Shown here: in pieces, positions 59,237-64,000 of the stretch
Numbering within the stretch: position 1 is the stretch's first letter
Layout of the letters: every line of letters begins with the position of its first letter
Source of the DNA: Firmicutes bacterium UBA3930
GTDB lineage: Bacteria > Bacillota > Clostridia > Caldicoprobacterales > Caldicoprobacteraceae
Length of the DNA stretch: 64,000 nucleotides
Assembly (NCBI GenBank): GCA_002385885.1
Contig: DGEI01000027.1
Location: 7,530 to 71,529 of the forward strand
Direction: 5' to 3'
Position numbers and translations under genes: made by a program
The notes under the pieces: model-generated
What the model was told of the DNA's origin: nothing
The model's input: only the letters and a program-made list of their open reading frames with translations
Databases searched by the model: none

Positions 59237-61431
59237 GATCCCCCCGGTTTGTTGGCATATATGTTCCGAAGTTCGGTTTCAGGATAATAGTGCCGGATGA
59301 TCTCGTCATAGGAATAGCCCAGCAGGGACATACCGTATGCCCCGTACTGGCTCATACCGACGCCATGGCCGTATCCCCCTCCTGAAATGACTATATTGGT
59401 GATCGTTCCTTCGGTGTTTCTTTCAAGGTCAATATAAGCAAAAGCACTGGGCAGGATGGGAAAATTCTCCCTTACCGATCCGTCAAAGCATTGCAATACT
59501 ATAGGCTTGCCTCCATCAAGGTAGTTGACCGGACGCAATACCTGACGTACATTATACTCTTTGATAACCCTGAATGTACCCCGGGTTGTGCTGATATCCA
59601 GTTCCATTATATTTCCGCCCTGACCTCGGCGCGCAACCTGTATATTTAACAGTTGTCCTGTTTCATCCGGTATATTGTCCCGGACAAATATACCATTGTC
59701 TTTTCTTGTCAATACAAAGGAGGGATCGGCCTGTTGGATTCGGGACAGATTATTTTGGATAATGGCTTCCAGTTCCTCGCGTTTCAATGTAATTGACCAT
59801 CTGAAAAAAGGTGAAAAGCGGTCATATCCGTCCAAATCCTTTTGAATAATAAAAGCCCGGAAATTTTCTTCATTATGAAGATCGGGTACATTGCTTGGGA
59901 ATTGGGGTCTTGAAATCAGATAAGGAATTTCATTACCCGGGAAGCTGCGGTTTTTATCGCTCCATACTTCATGAAAGTTAGCGGTATATCCGCAGGAAGT
60001 TGAAAAAAACCTGGAATCTATGACTTCTCCTTCATAAAAGGCAGCTAAACCATAGGTTTCATTAACTGCCTGTATCGATATCGATTGTTCAGATATTGAA
60101 TTATACACCTGACTGGCTGTACTGTCATCAACATGTGCACCATAAGCAGCATACCCCTCGGAAGTTAAACACCGAAGAGCGTATGAACGGGAGGCGATAG
60201 CCTGGGCTTTCAGCGCTTCCAGGCCGAATTTAACAGGCATTTCACTGGGAACCACCGAATAAAGGTATTCCTCCAGGTTTACTTCATTAATCAAAAACAA
60301 TTCACCGTTATTGTATGATACCTCCAACGTTCCACGGTATGGAACAGAGGATAGGGAACTGCCTGTATCCGACTGTTTATTCAAGATTTTCAACATGCCC
60401 TGGCCTGATGGACGTATGTACCATCTGTCAGGGGAAGACCCTGTCTGCTTGTTGTTATGAATAAGGACGATCCCGTTTTCCGAAGCTTTTAATGTTAAAA
60501 CATCATGTGCTGAAAAAGAAAATGAAGAGTGGTTTATCAATGTTTCGGCAGTAAAACCGGTATCACATGTGATCATTATCTGGTTGTGACCGGCAGTGTT
60601 GCTGTCCTTACTTCGGATAAGCACTCTTATTCCGTCTTCAGGCACGGAAGGATCCTGGGCTATGAGCGCCCGTCCCAGGCCATCATCGTCATAGTATAAT
60701 GTTGAATTGGCAGACCCCACTAATACAGACATATTGCCCCGGTATGATGGTATGTTGTCCTGCATTTGATATACCGGAAAATCGCCGGTTACCGGTATTA
60801 TGCCTTTCAGTTTGTCCTCTATATATGACTGTGAACGTGAAACAGCCATCACCTTGGTTAGTTTTGCAGGTTTTAAAGGCTGGATATCCACCAGCTGGTT
60901 TTCAACCAGGGTTATGTCTGACGGGACCAGGTTATGGATCATATTAACCGGCAGTGTACGAGTGCAGAGAATGGTGCTGCCGGCAATATCCAGCCGGAGC
61001 TCATTTCCCGCTTTGCCGGCCTCACTTTTTATAATTGGAATGGCCGCAGGAAGATGAACCACAGAAGGTAGAGACTGCACAAGCCATCCTTCTTCGGTTT
61101 TTGCTATTGTTATTGGTATGACAATTGAGCCATAATTTAAATTTAGCGTTATCCATGAACGAAATTCACCGTTTGCGGCGGCTTTTGTTTCATTTATGTT
61201 AAAGCCGGTAAACAGTTTTTCTTGTAAAGCCAGTTTTATAAAAGGATGTTCCCTGTCCACATGCTTGTCCATATAAGAAAACAGCCTGTCATTGGGAGAT
61301 GTTATGAGATTGTCGAGGAACATCTTTATGGTTTTTTCAGGCTGCGAAAGGTACAGAAAGCGATATAGCGTAATTATGGCAAATGCCAGCAGTACAATCC
61401 CTATGATAAAAACAAACCGTTTTTTTCTCAT
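59233..61431 (-). CDS. SpoIID/LytB-domain protein (large, N-terminal TM anchor)
   Basis: SpoIID-domain motifs (YLYSVVPSEMP, EALKAQAIASRSYAL, FFSTSCGYT). Start chosen at MRKKRFVF after a G-rich RBS. The stop overlaps the cca start. Confidence 0.85.
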   Translation of the reverse strand: MRKKRFVFIIGIVLLAFAIITLYRFLYLSQPEKTIKMFLDNLITSPNDRLFSYMDKHVDREHPFIKLALQEKLFTGFNINETKAAANGEFRSWITLNLNYGSIVIPITIAKTEEGWLVQSLPSVVHLPAAIPIIKSEAGKAGNELRLDIAGSTILCTRTLPVNMIHNLVPSDITLVENQLVDIQPLKPAKLTKVMAVSRSQSYIEDKLKGIIPVTGDFPVYQMQDNIPSYRGNMSVLVGSANSTLYYDDDGLGRALIAQDPSVPEDGIRVLIRSKDSNTAGHNQIMITCDTGFTAETLINHSSFSFSAHDVLTLKASENGIVLIHNNKQTGSSPDRWYIRPSGQGMLKILNKQSDTGSSLSSVPYRGTLEVSYNNGELFLINEVNLEEYLYSVVPSEMPVKFGLEALKAQAIASRSYALRCLTSEGYAAYGAHVDDSTASQVYNSISEQSISIQAVNETYGLAAFYEGEVIDSRFFSTSCGYTANFHEVWSDKNRSFPGNEIPYLISRPQFPSNVPDLHNEENFRAFIIQKDLDGYDRFSPFFRWSITLKREELEAIIQNNLSRIQQADPSFVLTRKDNGIFVRDNIPDETGQLLNIQVARRGQGGNIMELDISTTRGTFRVIKEYNVRQVLRPVNYLDGGKPIVLQCFDGSVRENFPILPSAFAYIDLERNTEGTITNIVISGGGYGHGVGMSQYGAYGMSLLGYSYDEIIRHYYPETELRNIYANKPGGS

Positions 61432-61639
61432 AAATGTACCCCCCTGTCCAGTACAGGCTGCTTTATATTCTAGCACAATCCAATTGTTATTTCACTTATA
61501 TTTTTGCTGATACCTTGCTGATGTTTATGTTTCAACAGGCTGGCTAACTATAATTAACAGTTTCTAATATATTTTATTATATGTTTATGGAATTAGAAAA
61601 GCATTCGTGGTAAAATAAAAAAAGATAGGGGGTTTTTTT

Positions 61640-63475
61640 GTGAGAAAAGTTGTTGCTTTAATTCCAGTATTATTGGTTCTTGCCTTATTCGCGTCAACAG
61701 TTTATGCAGATGATTCAATAACATATTCTATAAATGACTGGCATATTCATGCAGCTGTCAATCAGGACGGTTCCATGAATGTAAAAGAGTATATTACTTA
61801 TAAGGTTTCACCTGAGCATGAAGGCCCCGTGAAAAGAGATATAAATATTTCACGGGCTTCTTATATGGATGAACTGAGTGTATCCGTGGTTACTACGGTG
61901 GACCCCGAGGATATTACCAGATCGGAAGTTGAACCGTATAAGCTTGTTGACAATCCTGAGCAGCTCGTAGAAGGAACATATGCAGTACAGCCCGGAGCCA
62001 ATGCTGATGAAATCCAGGAAGTCCATATTTACCTTCCTGATGATACGCAGGAAAAAACATTTGTTTTGAGTTATAAACTTCTGGACTTTGCATTTTTGTA
62101 CCGTGATACGGCAGCAGTTTTCTGGAATCCGGTTGTAACCGGATACGGTAACGGTATTCAAAACATTGATATTAGATTCTCTCTTCAAAAAGTGGTTGGG
62201 ACTGATACAATACACTCCTTTGTTTACGGCGCTTTGGATGGAGAGAGCCTGGTCCTTGAAGATGGGACTATCAATATAACCGGATATGATTTAAAGCCTG
62301 AAGAGTTTATGGATGTTACGGTACTGTTCCCAAAGACGGCTGTAGATGAAGGAAGAAAGCTGATTGATAATGACGCAATGCAGAAGGTGCTCCAGGAAGA
62401 GCAGGCAAAGATGGAGGAAATGGAGCTTTTACGGGAAAAAAGAGAACAAGAACGGCGTTTTCGCAAAACAGTTACCATTTTAGTTGCTGCAGGTGTTTTA
62501 GCCATTATTCTTTGCGGCTGTTTGCTGTATGTCAGGAATCGTCATATCAGGAAAGATAAAGAGAAACCTGATAAGGCTGATAAGCATATGCAAATGCCTT
62601 ATAATGTTTCGGATAAAGCCAGGCAGCTGATGCATAGAGTTAAAACCGGTTCCAGAGGTGTACTGGATCAGATTAAAGGGAAACTGCCAAAAAAGAAGGA
62701 AGTAACGGTATTTGATAATCTGCCGGCTGACTATTATAGTCCCGCAGAACTGAGCGTGCTGATGCATGGAAGAGGTGTCAGATCCAGGGACGTTGCGGCA
62801 ACATTGATGGATCTGGTTGTAAGGCGGTATATTGAAATAAAGGCCGTTGAAACGGATGATGATAGGTATTATGTTTTTAGACTGAAGGATTATCAAGCTA
62901 ACAGTTTAAAGGCTCATGAGGAATATCTGGTGAACTGGTTTTTCAAAGATGTTGGCGATGGGAATGAAGTTACATCGAAGGCAATAAAGCAGGCTGCCTA
63001 TGGTTCAGGCAGTGTCGGACTGTTTAGTACCAAGTTTATTGTATGGAAAAAACTGGTTTTAAATCAGGCCTGGCGCTGGAAATTTTGGGAACGGGAAGGG
63101 ATTTTCCGTTGGTATAAAAGAACTGAATTTGGAGTGAATCACTATAAAGAATGGATCGAATTCAGAAAGTTTTTGAAGGGGATGGGCAATGATGTAGGAA
63201 GCATACCATATGATAAGTTGGAAACATACTTAGTATATGCTTTTCCCCTGGGCATAGCCGGACAGGTAGTAAAAGCTTTGAAGGCGGCTTTTGCTGACGG
63301 TACACCCATTGATGACCAATTGACCATCCTAAACGGGTTAAATTTTCATGCGTTTGATGAATGGTTCAGCCTGATTAACAGTTTTAATTTCCTTAGGAAT
63401 ATAACAACAAAGCTGAGGCAGCGTATATCTTCAGTTTCCCGTATAGTCGTCAAAAACAGGGACAGGGCTATGTAG
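61640..63475 (+). CDS. DUF2207-family membrane protein
   Basis: GTG start after AGGGGG and a signal peptide. The N-terminal domain (Y.I..W.I.A.V..DGS..V.E.I.Y) and a central TM segment fit the typical family architecture. Confidence 0.75.
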   Translation: MRKVVALIPVLLVLALFASTVYADDSITYSINDWHIHAAVNQDGSMNVKEYITYKVSPEHEGPVKRDINISRASYMDELSVSVVTTVDPEDITRSEVEPYKLVDNPEQLVEGTYAVQPGANADEIQEVHIYLPDDTQEKTFVLSYKLLDFAFLYRDTAAVFWNPVVTGYGNGIQNIDIRFSLQKVVGTDTIHSFVYGALDGESLVLEDGTINITGYDLKPEEFMDVTVLFPKTAVDEGRKLIDNDAMQKVLQEEQAKMEEMELLREKREQERRFRKTVTILVAAGVLAIILCGCLLYVRNRHIRKDKEKPDKADKHMQMPYNVSDKARQLMHRVKTGSRGVLDQIKGKLPKKKEVTVFDNLPADYYSPAELSVLMHGRGVRSRDVAATLMDLVVRRYIEIKAVETDDDRYYVFRLKDYQANSLKAHEEYLVNWFFKDVGDGNEVTSKAIKQAAYGSGSVGLFSTKFIVWKKLVLNQAWRWKFWEREGIFRWYKRTEFGVNHYKEWIEFRKFLKGMGNDVGSIPYDKLETYLVYAFPLGIAGQVVKALKAAFADGTPIDDQLTILNGLNFHAFDEWFSLINSFNFLRNITTKLRQRISSVSRIVVKNRDRAM

Positions 63476-63533
63476 CGACAGTGGATGTTTTGTTGAATGC
63501 TTAATGTATCCCTATGATAGATACACGTTTCAT

Positions 63534-63561
63534 ACTCCCGTTGTAAGCGGGAGTTTTTTTA
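63534..63561 (+). terminator. Rho-independent terminator
   Basis: 7-bp stem ACTCCCG/CGGGAGT followed by a T7 run. Confidence 0.8.
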
Positions 63562-63585
63562 TTATCTTGAAAAACCAATGTGTTA

Positions 63586-63810
63586 AACTTCATTGCCTTA
63601 AGCTCCAGTGATTGAAACAGTATTCTGCAAATACACATTATGAGTCATACAATTATCATTAGACTAACGGGAATATCCATGTGAAGAATAATTATGGAGC
63701 GAGTTATACAGGTTCTTGGCCTTGAGCTCCAGCGAGCGGAATAATATTCTTCATATACACTATGTACGATGTTACTGTTACCGATGAGCATAGTCTGCAG
63801 AATACTCTGA
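63586..63810 (+). repeat. Mosaic intergenic repeat, copy C (two tandem ~120-nt units plus an inverted end fragment)
   Basis: Unit 1 is 63586-63703 and unit 2 runs from 63704. Long identical blocks are shared with copy A. The terminal CTGCAGAATACT is the inverted form of AGTATTCTGCA at 63620-63630. Confidence 0.8.
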
Positions 63811-64000
63811 AAACCAACTTGTGATAGGGCTTAAAACTAAAAAATTTTTGAGTTGATTTTCCAAAAATATGATATAATGTTTAAAATATGATGCCTGACA
63901 AATATGCAATAATATCATAGAACAGTTATATACAATCAAATACCATTACAGGCCGTTTCATATATTGGATTTGGCCGTTCATTGACAGCATGTATGCTTT

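Overview
This is a 64-kb chromosomal core region that looks like an anaerobic, spore-forming Firmicute (Clostridia-like). The evidence is strong GGAGG-type RBSs, NfnAB, a multimeric [FeFe] hydrogenase, SpoIID/SpoIIE-type proteins and an L-box. All functional calls come from reading the ORF translations and the DNA by eye; no database search was run. Gene order: ptsH and a stand-alone trpB2 (-); a sigma-54 activator plus a four-gene hndABCD-like [FeFe]-hydrogenase operon with a textbook -24/-12 promoter; an SMP-30 lactonase; a membrane PP2C sensor; a TM1266-type small regulator plus an ECF S-component; a block of hypothetical and sporulation-like genes (S8 protease, class-V aminotransferase, BNR/coiled-coil protein); nth; malic enzyme; carboxylesterase; a P-loop/Asp23 fusion; nfnAB; ogg; DUF3842 and cooT; guaB; larE-larB-larC; purE-(purC vestige)-purF-M-N-H-D; cobO; a radical SAM gene; an L-box-controlled asd-dapA-dapB(ACT) operon (-); adh; an M20 amidohydrolase; yesL; a methyltransferase; hslO; a TPR protein; an acidic lipoprotein; DUF3006; a ykvI-like gene; cca and a SpoIID/LytB protein (-); and DUF2207. 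I recognised no rRNA, tRNA, CRISPR, transposase, integrase or phage genes. The most noteworthy observations are: (1) a sigma-54 enhancer-binding protein whose sensor module is a HydS-like [FeFe]-hydrogenase domain, sitting upstream of a sigma-54-driven hydrogenase operon; its NuoF subunit is fused to a GltD/NfnB-like module and its catalytic subunit has an aberrant TSCSPGW H-cluster motif; (2) larC split at an A7 slippery run; (3) a T8 homopolymer separating the N-terminus of a MASE3-like PP2C sensor from its body; (4) a 20-codon purC vestige inside the pur operon, plus a pur leader attenuator with no aptamer class I can recognise; (5) a DapB-tandem-ACT fusion under lysine-riboswitch control; (6) a roughly 120-nt mosaic intergenic repeat family present at three loci.
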